A stretch of 64,000 bases of DNA. Source: Octopus sinensis. Lineage: Eukaryota. The position numbers and the translations under genes are program-made. The notes beneath the pieces are model-generated. The model saw only the letters and a program-made list of their open reading frames with translations. It searched no databases and was not told where the DNA came from. Below, piece by piece: positions 40,830 to 56,028 of the stretch (position 1 is the first letter of the stretch; every line of letters begins with the position of its first letter). The DNA lies in contig NC_043013.1 of assembly GCF_006345805.1 (NCBI RefSeq), forward strand, positions 53,320,001 to 53,384,000. The letters are read 5' to 3'.

Positions 40830-43299
40830 TTATTATTATTATTATTATTATTGTTATTGTTATTATTATTGTTATTATTATTATTATTATTGTTGTTGTT
40901 GTTATTACCATCATCATCATCATTATTATTATTATTATTATAATTATTATTGTTATTGTTATTATTATAATTATTATTATTATCATCATCATCATCACCA
41001 TCATCGTCATTATTATTATTATTATCATATGCTAGGAACCGCGTATAGAGTCTAGCGCCATTGCTTACACTATCTTATGCAAAGTATATTGAATGTAAAT
41101 CGATGAATAATGTACGGTTGATACGTAAGGTTATCAGAATCTCCGGAAACAATTGGTGTATTGGTAAGATTAAGTCATGATACAGAAAAACGTTTAAAGC
41201 AAAGTGGGAAATATGTTAAAGATCAAATACAGCAAAAGAAATCCACAGAAGGAATATTTCCCAGATCGATAAGAAGAATTCCACTAAATTTATAGGAACC
41301 ATGTATAGCCAGTATTTTCAAAAATATTGTGTAGTTTTATTCTAACAAAATCGGGGGTGACCTGTAACACTATCGTAATGTATTGTTTGATTGTGATGTA
41401 AATGACCAGAGGGAAAATTCTGAATTCGTATTAAATATTTTACAATTTAGTAATGGTAGACACGTTGTGAGAGCAGCTATAATATCCTTATACTTTTACT
41501 TGAAAATGTTGTGAGTCGAAATCTGAAGTAATCTGCCATTTAAAATTCTGTGCCGAGGTTTTGTAAAAACATGCATTGAAGTCAAATGGTCAATTAGACG
41601 GAATGCTTACGATTTTAATAGTTCTGGCTTTCTGTTAACACACAAGCACGCGCATGCTCATACACACATACATATATACACACATACATATATACACACA
41701 CACACACATACATTTTACACTTGTCCATCTTCAGTCAAGATATGAACGAAGTCCATGTGAGTCATAACTGCAACCCGACTTCGATGGTAAGCTTTTGGTT
41801 AGTATCCATTTAAAAAGCATACAAAAGATCATATCCGCTGTCCTCTTCCCTCAAAGAGTCTGATATTCCGTTAGATGCAATCGTCAAGTCATTTCTCACA
41901 AGTGATCGCTTGAGTTACAGAAGAATGTTCCACTGCAATTGTTATTCTCAAGGTCAGATTTTCTAACCAAGAATTTATGCTGTGTAAATTTATGTGCCAT
42001 AAATTGGTTATGCCTCTCCAATAAAGAAAATATTCTAACAATTTTCTTAAAATAGTTTCTAAATATCGAATGGCTAGGAGGGTCCATCCCAGAAACTAGG
42101 AATCAAAGTGGTCCCTTACGTAAAATATGTTGAGAAATACCGCTCTAAAATAAAGTTTCACCTTTACGTAGGTATACTCTGGTGCGTGCGATTATTGTAG
42201 CATCAGGCAGCATAGTTACCGACAAATAACAGTGTTACAGACACAACATGAACAGACAATCGCTCATTTCCTCGCCTTCTTTTGCGATTTCAATTCTGCG
42301 TTAAGTGAAGGCGTGAGAGAGTGCAAGAAATGTGCGTGTGTGTTTTGCAACTGTCATTCCGCATCTGTCACACAAAGTCATATTAGAGTATACTTACTCA
42401 ATGTTTCCCCAACTGATATTTATCTCGATATCACGTGAATGAATCAGTCACAGAACAAACAGATGGAGATTGAGGAAGACAAACAGAGACACACAGAAAC
42501 AAAGAACGATGGCGTGGGAGTCCACCATATTGCATGTGGGCATGACACCTAATGAATAGTTATCATGTTCACCAATTCATGCACAGATGACGACACTTCA
42601 CTTCTCTTATGGTTTGATGCCATTCAATAAAACATCAAATTCATGACATCCATTTATATTTTAGTTATTGTCTGGTTAATATAGAAATCAAAATGTTATA
42701 TTGTCACGCTTTTCTGATTTCTAATTTGGAGAGAATATATAATTATTTCCTGCACCAGCAGTTGTACATTTGTTGTGAACGAGAAAACACCTTCAGTTGA
42801 CTATTGTGAAAATAATGCATTAAATATATTACAGGCAAAGTCCAGGTGTCTATAGAAGTCTATACGTAACAAATCAACTCGACACAACAGCAAAAACTGC
42901 CAGGAAGTACACCTACCCATCTGGAAAAAAGGGTAGTGTGTTTAAATAGATATAGTTATTGTAAAGGCAAATCTGACGTTTCGGGATCAGGACATTTATC
43001 GAGGAGATGAGGAAAGATCGAAATGTTGAAATTATACTTCACTTTACGAAAATTCTCTAACATTTTTACAGGTTTCACTCACCAAACTATGCTGGGGCAA
43101 CGGCTTGGTGAGTTTAGTCGGTCAAATATACAACATTTTTTTTTTTTAATATGGTATTCTAACAGTCTCGTGTTGCACAAGTACTAAACTATAAGAGAGA
43201 AAATGTACGAACATCATTAATCAACTTCTATTGTAGGTGATAAACACAAGCACAAACATAGAATATTGAGCGCGGTGGACATATACTCACACAAATAAG

Positions 43300-43529
43300 T
43301 ACGAGGTGGGTATTGACAAAGTCCTGGCTTCAAGAGCGTCGCGAAAGGCCTGGTTGGAGGCCCGGCATTCTGAGTTCTTTTACAGGGCTTAAAAAACATG
43401 AACAACCGCTGCAATAAGTGATAAGTGTGTGAATCTGAGAAGGAGGTACGTTGAATAAAATCATAATCAACTGATCCCCACTATATATTTCTTTTTCCAA
43501 AGCCAGGAACATTTTAGAAGATCTTCGTA
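43300..43529 (+). mobile_element. Mariner-derived MITE
   Basis: Imperfect TIRs tacgagg....tgacaaagtcctggctt / aagccaggaacattttag....cttcgta. The interior resembles a mariner 3' end (aagtgtgtgaatctgagaaggag.tacgttgaataa). Confidence 0.55.
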
Positions 43530-44512
43530 TACACAAACGGCTTTCGCAAAGTCTTCGTCTATGAAATTTCCTTATATTCACAATTCTTCTAATTATTTCC
43601 AGATATGCACCTCTTTCTAGCATTTCAGGACATAATCTCATTAGATAATCTAGCTATGAAAGCAAGACACAAGAGACCAAGACGGTAGAATCACGGCTGG
43701 AACGCCATTGATCACGTATCTGCTCAACCGGAGCAGACCTAAAGCAAAACAACAGCATTTGTTAAAGTGGAAGTAGGTTAACTGAACTGGGAATCGCGAT
43801 GTCTGAAAATCAATACTGTCTGCGAATGTAACTCTCCAATGTCCAGTTTAGACACTTTGGCAAGTTTGGGTGAAAATATCGATTTTGTCATTTCTTTTGG
43901 CAGCAGTAAGTGGGTATAATTGACTCGAATCACTCAGGTACATTACTGATACTCGTATTTAGTTGATCTACTCATTTTCTTTATTCTTTTATCAAAACTA
44001 CACAGATGAAAGAAAATATGGACGCTGATGAAATTTCATTCCAGACAGGAAGTAAAGCAACAAAAAAAAAAAAGAAAGTTATGCAATTTCTTTTTAGTCT
44101 GTTGCTTCTCTAAGGTTTCAGTTATCTCCCTTCGCAATGAAAGGATGGTGTTGTTATTGACATGAGAAAATAGTTGGAAATTGTTCGGTTTAAATTAAAA
44201 GTTGAAGATATGTCATCTTTAATCATGGCAAAACAACGTTTCGGCGAGAGTGAAACCGACATCTTACAAATAGAACAAAGGGAAGGGTGTCAGAGAGGAA
44301 ATAGATGTGAAAAAAGAGAGATAGAGAGTGAGTGAGTGATAGAGTAAGTAAGAGAGAGAGAGAGAGAGAGAGAGTCGGAATGAGAGAGTCTAGTCCATAT
44401 ACGTATAAGGGTCTGCGAAGTGTATATATATATATATGAACGTATGTATGTGTATGCACGGATATACACTATGCGTGTTTCTTAGTTTTCTAGTGTGTTT
44501 ATATGTGTTCGT

Positions 44513-44615
<103 letters not shown>

Positions 44616-44768
44616 GCATATATATTTCTATGTATAAAAATATATATGTATGTATATATATATATATGTATATATATATATGTATATATATATATATGTA
44701 TATATATGTATATATATGTATATATGTATATATATAGAGAGATATGTATATAAATATGTATGTATATA

Positions 44769-44839
<71 letters not shown>

Positions 44840-45526
44840 TATATATATATGAAATTATGAGACACACGCACTCTCAGATTGATGGAAAGGTAAATATGCC
44901 GGATATAAGGAAGATAAGTGAGAAGGAGGAGGAGGAGAGAATATATTGAAAGAAAACAATATGAACTGAATCAAAGCGTAAAATTACTTGATGCAAATAT
45001 TTAAAGACTGTGCAGTGAGAGGAGATCGAGGAAGAGAGAGGTGGAGGGAAGGAGACGGAAAGAGGGAGAGAAGAATGCGAAGGAGGGGAAAATAATATTA
45101 TTGATAAGGACGGGAATTAGCGACGATAAATATTGCAGAGATTACATAAATATATGGAAGACTATAAGGAAGAAATGAAAGAGAAGAGGACGGCAAGGGG
45201 AAAGTAAGAGAAAGTCAAACTATTGGTTTAAATACTTAGAAACATGGAAGGAGAAGTAATAACGGAACTGCGAAGAATTTTCGAAAGATGCTCAGCAGCC
45301 GATTATCAGAAAGTCTGTATGCAATGAAGGACAGAGAAGAAATGAGAGGTTTTATGTTAACGACTTGACTAAGGGACGTTAATAGTTGAAATGGCGCAAC
45401 CTAGAAGTGCTACGGGTGAAGTAGGAATAACTGATGCGCCTTCACTGACCTTCAGTGTGTCTCATTTACACCTCTATTGTGTTCTTCTGCCCACACGTAC
45501 ACACATTGTTACATACTATCTCTATA

Positions 45527-45808
45527 TATTTCTTTACTACCCACAAGGGGCTAAACATAGAAAGGATGAAAGGCAAACTCGACCTCCGCAGAATTTGAAC
45601 TCAGAACGTAACGACAGACGAAATACCTACTTCTTTACTACCCACAAGGGGCTAAACACAGAGAGGACAAACAAGGACAGACAAACTGATTAAGTCGATT
45701 GCATCGACCCCAGTGCGTAACTGGTACTTAATTTATCGACCCCGAAAAGATGAAAGGCAAAGTCGACCTCGGCGTAATTTGAACCCAAAACGTAACGGCA
45801 GACGAAAA
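45527..45808 (-). mobile_element. Tandem partial Meta-domain SINE units
   Basis: Repeated ctacccacaaggggctaaaca...aaaggcaaagtcgacctcggcg.aatttgaac. Confidence 0.75.
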
Positions 45809-45841
45809 CTGTCATATACTATCTCTATATCCATCACATGT

Positions 45842-46005
45842 GAAGGCGCAATGGTCAAGTGGTCAGGCTAAAGGACTCGCGGTCCTAGGATCTCGGTTTC
45901 GATTCCCAGACCGGGCGTTGTGAGAGCTTAATGAGCGAAAACACCTAAATCGGCACGAGACTCTGACAGGGGCTGTTGGCGAACCCTGCTATACTCTTAC
46001 ACCAC
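45842..46005 (+). mobile_element. tRNA-derived SINE (same head as 23269), 3'-truncated
   Basis: gaaggcgcaatgg...ggactcgcggtc.taggatc.cggtttcgattcccagaccgggcgttgtgag. Confidence 0.75.
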
Positions 46006-46221
46006 AAATTTCCTTTCAATTAAGCAAATTAGCCTAGGTAATAGATATTTTCATATATTTCTTTGTGCCTATCTTCGTGGTTGTCCAAGTTTTGGATATG
46101 GGTGTACACGCGTGCATCTGTGTGTATGAGTGTGTGTATGTATATGTGCGTGTGTATATATATGTGTGCGTGTGTGTGTGTGTGTTAGTACATTCATGTC
46201 TAATTCGTCACACCTTATATA

Positions 46222-46634
46222 TTTTTTATTGCCCAAAAGGGGCTAAACATAGAGGGGACAAACAAGGACAGACAAAGGGATTAAGTTGATTAATTCGACC
46301 CCAGTACGAAATTGGTGCTTTATTTATTGACCCCAAAAGGATGAAAGGCATTGTCGACCTCGGCGGAATTTGAACTCAGAACGTAACGACAGACGAAATA
46401 CCTATTTCTTTACTACCCACAGGGGTCTAAACACAGAGAGGACAAACAATGACAGACAAACGAATTAAGTCGATTATATCGACCCCAGTGCGTTACTCGT
46501 ACTTATTTCATCGACCTCGAAAGGATGAAAGGCAAAGTCGACCTCGGCGGAATTTGAAATCAGAACGCAGCAGCAGACGAAATACTGCTAAGCATTTCGT
46601 CCGGCGCGCTAACGCTTCTGCCAGCTCGCCGCCT
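46222..46634 (-). mobile_element. Meta-domain SINE, full head plus tandem repeated body
   Basis: Head ggcggcgagctggcagaa at 46634, followed by two ~180-bp body units. Confidence 0.8.
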
Positions 46635-47040
46635 TCTTTCGTCACACCTTATAGTCATACAAGAAATAGTGATGCTGTTATGAGATATCAAAGAATAATT
46701 TCCAGCAAAATAACAGCAGACAACATTTTACTAAAACATTATCAAATCAAAACATGGAGTAATGTCATCGTATTGATGAAAATTAATATGAAATCAATTT
46801 TTGTAGACATTTGTAACTTAAACCAAAACTGTATGATTATTGAAGATTTGTGATCTTAGCTAATTAGAGATTAGGTTATAATTATTCTGTAATTACTGGG
46901 ACGTGTAGAGTAACAGCCCTCCCCATTAAAACTGCGTGGAATTCAGATATTGGTTAACGCCTCGTTCATACTAATGCAAACGCTTCTACGAATCAATGAA
47001 ACGGCACGAAGACGCATATATCTATACACACACGCACACA

Positions 47041-47071
<31 letters not shown>

Positions 47072-47434
47072 TGAATATATATATATATCTATACACGCGT
47101 GTGTGTGTGTATATATATATATGAACGTATGTTATATACATACGAATATCTATCTTTCGATTATCTCTCTATGTGTGTATGTGTGTGCGTTCGTGTGTGT
47201 GTGTGTTCGTGTGTGTGTGCGTGTGTGTGTGTGTGTCGTGCGTTCTAAAGTATATTAACTTATATTTTATATTGAGGCAAAACTCAGAGTTTGACTGTTA
47301 TCTCAATCTTAAACACAAATACACACGTGCGCGCACACACACACACATATATGCACATCTACATACACATATGTGTGCGTGCTTGGGTGTCCCTATGTGT
47401 GTGTTTGTGTTCATGTGTACGTGTGTATGGGTAT

Positions 47435-47830
47435 ATCTGTTATATAAAATCCGTTCTCTGTGTGTGTGTGTGTCTTATAAGGTCTCGGGCATCCTCCATC
47501 CGATTGCGCTCAAATTTGATATGGAGATACCGGCGGTTTCAGGGCGTGTATAAGTCTTGAAAAAATTACAAAAATCGATTCCAGAAGAGAATGCGATCGA
47601 TAAAGCCGTGGGAACTTGAATTTGTCTATCTTTATTTCTTCTTTTGCTGGTGCCTCAAATTTAGGTTAAATCAGTGTTTCCCAAAGGGGAGGCCTATGGG
47701 ACGGTCGTAAAAGTTGTTTTGAGAAAATTTAGTTTAAATATTTGACGGTGGGGGGGGGCGCTTTGCTCGTGTATATATATAAGATAAACTTACTTGGAAA
47801 AGGATGCGTGACGTTCGGCCATATAATAAT
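47435..47830 (+). mobile_element. Possible non-autonomous Helitron-like repeat
   Basis: atctgttatataaaatccg..(tg)n..ccatccgattgcgctcaaatttg resembles Helitron 5' ends. Confidence 0.35.
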
Positions 47831-48122
47831 ATAAATAATATATAAATATATGCATATATACATACATACATATATGTACATACCTACATGTGTATGTATA
47901 TATATATACATGCATATATGGGTACAGGACAAAAAAACGTTGCACACAATGAGAAACAAAAACATAAAACAAAAACATAGAAAACGAACTCAATTCGAAC
48001 AACGAAAGAAACAGAGAAATGAGACATGTACATAAAAAATATTCCCCACCTATATGTGCATGCATATATACATATATATGTGGGTATGTACATATATGTA
48101 TATATGTATATATATTTATATA

Positions 48123-48817
<695 letters not shown>

Positions 48818-48975
48818 ATTATATATATATAAATATATATAAATATATAAATATATATGTATGTATATATATGTGTATGTGTATACGTCTGTATATATAT
48901 ATATATGTTTGTGTGTATACATATAATTACACATATAATAATACATACGTATAATTATATATATGTACGTGTATA

Positions 48976-49846
48976 TGTGGTAACAAAAAGTCCCCGCACT
49001 AGTTCTGTAGCATGCCAGCAGATGGCAGCACACGGCTTCGTGTACAATGAGCCCTAGCAGTGACTCTTATGAGGCAGTGTGCCGACTGACATTGCGGTTT
49101 TACTTCGCAATTTGTGAAAATTGTGTGTACGTGATTACGTGTATCATATTATGCGAGATTTTTGTCTCGGACAGGAATTTGGAACAAAGATTCAGAGTGA
49201 AATTTTGCGTAAAACGTTGTGAGTCTGCTACAGAGACATTGAACATGTTTCCGCATGCTTGCAGGGACAAGGCAAACGGTCGTGCGCAATTTTCGAGTTG
49301 CCCGGGCTCTTCAAAAGCGGAGGAACTTCCCTGGAAGACGATGAGCGGTCTTGAAGAGCTGCGACGAGCGTCAATCGCAATGTTGAGAGAATTCATCAGT
49401 TAGCAAATGAGGATCGTCGGAAAACATTCAACAACGTGTTGAGGCGTTTGTGGGAGGAGATTCGTCTAAAGCCACGACAAGACACCCTAGCACCGAGCCA
49501 TCCTCGCTTGTGAGTTTGTCTCCAGCATCAACATGGTATCCATTCCACATACGTTGTATTCGCCAGAATTGGCACCTGCAGACTTCCATGTATTTCCTAA
49601 GGTGAAAAACAGTTCAAAGGTCGCAGATTTAAAACTATTGTCAAGATCCAGAACGAATTGCCGATGGTCCTTTAGACGCTTTACGGAAAATGACTTCCAG
49701 GCCGGATTCCAAAATTGGTAGCAATGCTGGTACTGGTATATTGCTGCACAAGGTTAGTATTATTCGAAGGAGGTGCTGTTAAAACTTTGGTAAATAGGTC
49801 ATTTTTTATAAAACATAGTCCAGGAACTTTTTGATGCCACGCCGTG
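48976..49846 (+). mobile_element. Degraded, internally deleted mariner transposon
   Basis: EQR..VKFCVK...SATET and YSPELAPADFHVFPK remnants. Imperfect TIRs gtggtaacaaaaagtccccgcacta / tagtccaggaactttttgatgccac. Confidence 0.75.
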
Positions 49847-49882
49847 CATATATATATATATAATATATATATATATATATAC

Positions 49883-49928
<46 letters not shown>

Positions 49929-50153
49929 GCACACGCACAGACACCCACACACACATAAATAAACCCTTACACTCACACATCCACACACACACACACACCA
50001 CACACACACACAGGTGTTCTCTTGAGCAGAATTTCATTCCGATATTACTTCGACACCTGCCACGTAGTACACCAGCACTCGTTCAGGTATCTGTATGTAT
50101 GCATTCACACGCAAACGCACACACATACATACATACATACATACAGGCATACA

Positions 50154-50202
<49 letters not shown>

Positions 50203-50480
50203 ACAATTGAGGGTAAAATTAATTAATTAATCAATTTCACCAAGTGTTCAGTATGTAAAAGGACCATTTAAGGCGAATTCAAAATATTACATTATATAAT
50301 TAGGGCTTAGTAAAATAAATTACTTTGCCACATACTGAACTTAGTAGAAATAGCAGCAAAAAAAAAACTTTTCTTAGCATTTCTACTACTTAAAAGAAAA
50401 TTTCTCTCAGATAATGTTACTCCAGACAGCCCACGAAGGTTTGGAGGTAATACAGAAAAATATCACAAGTACATAGATCG

Positions 50481-50543
50481 TTTGAGTACGTCAACGTTTC
50501 AAGATTAGCCAAATAAAATCAGCATTTCTTTCGTCAGCTCAAA
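50481..50543 (-). ncRNA. Type I hammerhead ribozyme
   Basis: Minus strand: tttgag-CTGACGA-aaga...tctt-GAAAC-gttgac-GTA-ctcaaa. Perfect 6-bp stem I and intact core. Confidence 0.8.
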
Positions 50544-51042
50544 ATTTCTTAATTTGGATTTGGAAACACTAAAAAGAAGGAACTTTACCTATCATCGAAC
50601 TTGTCGCTTCAGATGAACCACTCCAACTAACAGTATCAACAAATTCAAAATGCGCAGGCGTAAATCTCTGCAATCCCCTTCCACCACGTGGTCTATCTAG
50701 CAAACATTATATTTTAACCGCGAGAACCGAGGCAGTGTGACCGAGAGAAATTAATTATAATATCAACAATTGAGGGTAAAATTAATTAATTAATCAATTT
50801 CACCAAGTGTTCAGTATGTAAAAGGACCATTTAAGGCGAATTCAAAATATTACATTATATAATTAGGGCTTAGTAAAATAAATTACTTTGCCACATACTG
50901 AACTTAGTAGAAATAGCAGCCAAAAAAATTTTCTTAGCATTTCTACTACTTAAAAGAAAATTTCTCTCAGATAATGTTTACTCCAGACAGCCCACGAAGG
51001 TTTGGAGGTAAATACAGAAAAATATCACAAGTACATAGATCG

Positions 51043-51105
51043 TTTGAGTACGTCAACGTTTCAAGATTAGCCAAATAAAATCAGCATTTCTTTCGTCAGC
51101 TCAAA
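51043..51105 (-). ncRNA. Type I hammerhead ribozyme (second copy)
   Basis: Same sequence as 50481-50543. Confidence 0.8.
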
Positions 51106-51213
51106 ATTTCTTAATTTCTTTTAAGTAGTAGAAATGCTAAGAAAATTTTTTTTGGCTGCTATTTCTACTAAGTTCAGTATGTGGCAAAGTAATTTATTTT
51201 ACTAAGCCCTAAT

Positions 51214-51244
<31 letters not shown>

Positions 51245-51394
51245 CTTTTATTCTTTTATTATCTTACCGTTTTTATCAATATATGTGTATATATATATAT
51301 ATATGTATATACTTTTATTCTTTTATTCTTTGATTGCGGCCATGCTGGAGCACCGCCTTTCGTTGAGCAAATCATCCTCAGGATTTATTTTCTG

Positions 51395-51457
<63 letters not shown>

Positions 51458-52221
51458 TATATATATGTATGTATGTATGTATATATGTATATTTATACGA
51501 GTGTGTGCTCGTGTCTGTGTGTTTAGGGGGCGGCGTGTAAGCAAATAAATAGCCAAGAATGATAACCCAGAAAGGGCCATGAAATGCACTTGAACAACAT
51601 TTAAGTACTCAACTTACCATACAACATAAATTTCTGATTTATTTAGATCGTCTTTGCCTCCAGAGAGGTATCATAATTACCAAATAGTAATTAAGAACAT
51701 TTCCACTTGAGCACGGGAAATAATCTCAAATCTAAAAATTTTTCGTAATCTGATAAGCCATTAACGAAAATGACAGGTTTATGATATTTATTTTCACTCA
51801 GCTCTCAGTAGAAAGTAGATCGTATTTCGGAAAAGGGAATGAGGTATAAGTATCATACTTAGAATAAAAATATGCGATAACATCTCTTTCATCTCCTGAA
51901 ATCGCTCTGAGAAGTTGCTGGTGAAGTTGAAAAAGATATGTTGCCCAAGAACCAGACACAATTATTAACCGTCTTACAAACACGGCAGAATCTTTCTGAG
52001 GGAATTTTGCTTGTTGAGCATTGAGCTACATTTCCCTCCAAGTGAATGCTGCTATTTTACACCAGACAGGATGGCTAAGGTAGGAACGTCTTGGAACAGG
52101 AATATTCTCACTGACGATTGACTTCAGAAAACCACAGCTGCAACGTTTAACCAGTCAAAGAAATAAAAAAAAATTATTTCTGTTCTCGGAGGGTTAAAAT
52201 ATTATTATAGACATATATCGA

Positions 52222-52384
52222 TTTCAAACTTTCGCACATGACCAGCAATTTCGGAGAAAGGTGTAAGTCGATTACATCGACCCGAGTGCACAACTGGTAC
52301 TTGTTTTATCGACTTCGGAATAATGAAAGGCAAAGGTGACTTCGACATTCTTTGAACTCAAGCATTTTGCACGCTCGCTGCCTT
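52222..52384 (-). mobile_element. Diverged Meta-domain SINE
   Basis: gtaagtcgattacatcgaccc.agtgc.caactggtactt.ttttatcgac...atgaaaggcaaag. Confidence 0.6.
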
Positions 52385-52557
52385 AAATACAAACATATAT
52401 CGATATAGAAATATCACAGTAATAAGGTGGAGGATTGGCACAGCCGGTAGAGTCTTGGGCTGAAGTGCCTCGTCTTATTTTATCTGAGGAATACATAAAC
52501 GGAAGCAACGGCAGTGACACCGCTTCAGGGCTCTGAGCCGATAGATGTCATGTTTCT

Positions 52558-52639
<82 letters not shown>

Positions 52640-54654
52640 AACTAAAACTGCACACATAGAAACCGCAGGATGTATTCCAGAACAAAAAAAACTTTTATAC
52701 TGCTGTCATATGGTGAGATCGTTATTAGCTTATTTGAAGTATTAATTGGCGAGATCGTTCTATAATTTTTATTAACTATTTACTGAAATTCTACCGGAAT
52801 TTCAAACACAACTATACTTATCTGTTGGCCCCTGTGGAACCCCATTCTGCAGCGGCTACACTCCTTCATGTTATAATAAATATTAATACACTATCCAATT
52901 ATAACCTGATTTATTTATGATTGGTGTCTGCTTTGCAATAGTCAGCATCTGAAGGATCAGTTGTGATTCCACATCTGCAGAATTCGGAGTGACGTAAATT
53001 TACGTCAAAAACATTAACAACTCCTCTCTCTCTACACACACAGACACACACACGCACACACACATATATGTGCACATATACATATGTATGAATGTAAATA
53101 TATATATGCATGTGTGTGTGTGTGTGTGAGAGAGTGTATGCATATGAATATGTAGAGATTATAAATAAAAATGAAATAGCCAACCGTTTGGCATCACTTG
53201 AAAAAGTTTATAAATTTAGACAGAGAAAGTAAATTGAGTCTCTTGCGGCGATTTCTAGAATAGCCAAGCATGCGGATCTTCATATTTAGTAAGGATTCGA
53301 CAGACTGGGTATTCCTAGGTGGTCATTTGACAGTATCTGAAATCCCTTTATCTATCTGGTCCTATACATATTCTCCCAACCTCTCTCGACAAGCAGACCC
53401 TTCCATACTGACTAGTATGTATGTGTATATATATATATATACATACATATGCTACTTCACCGCCTTTCTTTCCTCCTGGCTATTGTACAATATGCCTATT
53501 CTAGCCTCATTGATTCTCCGTTCAAAACTGTAACTGGTAGCTTCCACTACGCCTCGTCATGGATTATCGCCGGACATTCTCATTTGAAAATATTAAAGCA
53601 TAATACCTAGAACTGTATTTCCATTTGATCATGGATCTACAAACACATTCCTATTCTCCTCTGATCCTTCCCTTCTCTTGACAAATTGGAATACACAAAT
53701 ATCCACGATTGGGAATATTCCCTAACTTTTACATCGGGTTAACTTCTCCCCCTCTGATGGAGGGTTACTCAGCCTATGGATTCACATGCTTAGCTATTCT
53801 AGAAACAGCTGTAAGTGAGTATGTATATCTATATTCTTCAACTAAATTAAATTGTTTTTTTCAAGTGATGCCAAACGATTTGATTTTTCAATCATACTTT
53901 AATCTTTATATATTTGCTCAAAGAAAAAAAAAACACACCCGCTTCTGATAAATCGTCTCAACATGGCATTTTTCAGTTGCGGTTCAAACCGAAGTTTTAG
54001 AGGTAGACTAAACAGAATACTCATAGCACATACCCATTAATGTAAATCAGTTGACAAATATTCCTTACGTATTCTGTAAATATATATGTGTGTGTGTGTG
54101 TGTTTGTGTGTGCGTAAGTGAGTGTGTGTGTGTGCACGTGTATACATACATACATGTATGTATGTGTGTGTGTGTGTGTGTGTGCGTCATACATGTACAC
54201 ACAGACATATCACAATGTATATCGACTTCGAAGATTAGATTTTGATTTGGGTCTAAAATTTGATTACACGTAAAGCTGTCAGGTAGACTATCTAAGTGAC
54301 AAAGTTTGGGTAAATTTATGTCTTTGTTGATACAAAGAGATAAAGAAATGATGCTGAAATAAGCATCCGATAAATACTGTAGATTACAGAATTTCTTCAA
54401 AGAGACAGGTTACATTAGTTATTGCTTTAGGTTCTTCTGTGTGACGTAAGTGTGAGGTATATGTGACGTAGGTGTGATGTAATGGTGACGTTGGTGTGAC
54501 GAACGAGTCGATGCATATGCTGTTAGAATAAAGTCTGAAGATTTCGATGTAGTCCATGCTAGAGGGAATATTGGGTTGTTAGTTAATATGTATGGTTATT
54601 GATGTCTGATCCTGTCAACACACACACGCCGATCTGGCTTGTACGCCTGATATC

Positions 54655-55003
54655 GTGGCATTCCGTGGGTTACAACAACGTGGGTTCCAGTTGATCCGAT
54701 CAACGGAACAGCCTGCTCGTGAAATTAACGTGCAATTGGCTGAGCACTCGGGGAGATTCAGCGTGACAGAGTGTGTGACAAGGGTAGCCCTTTGAAATAC
54801 AAGTACAACAGAAACAGGAGGAAAGAGTGAGAGACAGTTGTGGTGAAAGAGTACAGCAGGGTTCTGCACGCCCCCCTGCCGGAGTCTCGTGCAGCTTTAA
54901 GTGTTTTCGCTCAATAAAAACTCACAGCGCCCGGTCTGGGAATCGAAACCGCGTTCGTACGACCGCGAGTCCGCTGCCCTAACCACTGGGGCATTGTACC
55001 TCC
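54655..55003 (-). mobile_element. tRNA-derived SINE (same head as 23269) with a different 3' tail
   Basis: Reverse complement head ggagg..caatgc.ccagtggttagggcagcggactcgcggtcgta; tail ...cacgagcaggctgttccgttgatcggatcaactggaaccc. Confidence 0.75.
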
Positions 55004-55017
55004 ATACGCCTGGTATA

Positions 55018-55158
<141 letters not shown>

Positions 55159-55248
55159 ATATATATCAATAATACAGTGATTGTTTCTTATCAGGAACAA
55201 AATGTTTAATAGGACTGCAATAGAAGTGCTCAATTAAATGAGACAAAT

Positions 55249-56028
55249 ATATTAAACTATGGTTGCAGAACAAACAAATACAAGGTCATCCACGTAACAT
55301 TTCATATCTCGAACACTTAATCACATAATGCTTTTTCTTTCACATAGAATATGTGAAACACAATTCATCAGTACAAGCATATAAGAAAATACAAGAAAGT
55401 GCGTGAATACAGTTCATCTCGGTTAATATTGTGTGAGTTTTGGCAAAGGAGGTCTCGCCCTGGTACGTGATGTCTGTTTTTGTATTTTTCGCCTGACGAA
55501 GGAGTACTTATTGTGATGCACCCTCGTGCATTAAATACAGTAATGTACCCTGAAATGGCCATAGGGAATGTAAATATGGTTTCTTCATTTTTGCTTAGAC
55601 ACTGGCTTTTAACTATAGGTTTCCTTTATCTGAAAAGTAATTTTTAATCGAAAAAAATTTCTAAACGATGAACTTTTATCTTACTTTATATACTATATAT
55701 TACTTATTTATATGCTTCCCATATTTATATATGTATTTTTATATATCTATATATTTATATATTTCTTATATTTTTATGTATTTATTATTCTAGGTGGTGT
55801 AATATTTTAAAAAAATATATATATATTTCTTAATCGCTAAAGTATTAAACGTTAACTTTTAACCGAGATGAACTGTATTCACGCACTTTTTTGTATTTTC
55901 TTATATGCATGTACTGATGAATTGTGTTTCACATATTCTATGTGAAAGAAAAAGCATTATGTGATTAAATGTTCGAGATATGAAATGTTACGTTGATGAC
56001 CTTGTATTTGTTTGTTTTGCAACCGTAA

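Larger units (their letters stand above)
50201..51221 (-). mobile_element. HHR-containing direct repeat (period about 562 bp, about 1.6 units) with a terminal inverted segment
   Basis: 50201-50555 matches 50764-51117. 51115-51221 is the reverse complement of about 50854-50961. (TA)n on both sides. Confidence 0.8.

Noticed and set aside
53235-53820. About 40-bp imperfect inverted repeats (tttctagaatagc.aagcatg)
   Set aside because: The similarity is real but too degraded to assign to a MITE or PLE, and no TSD or HHR is visible.
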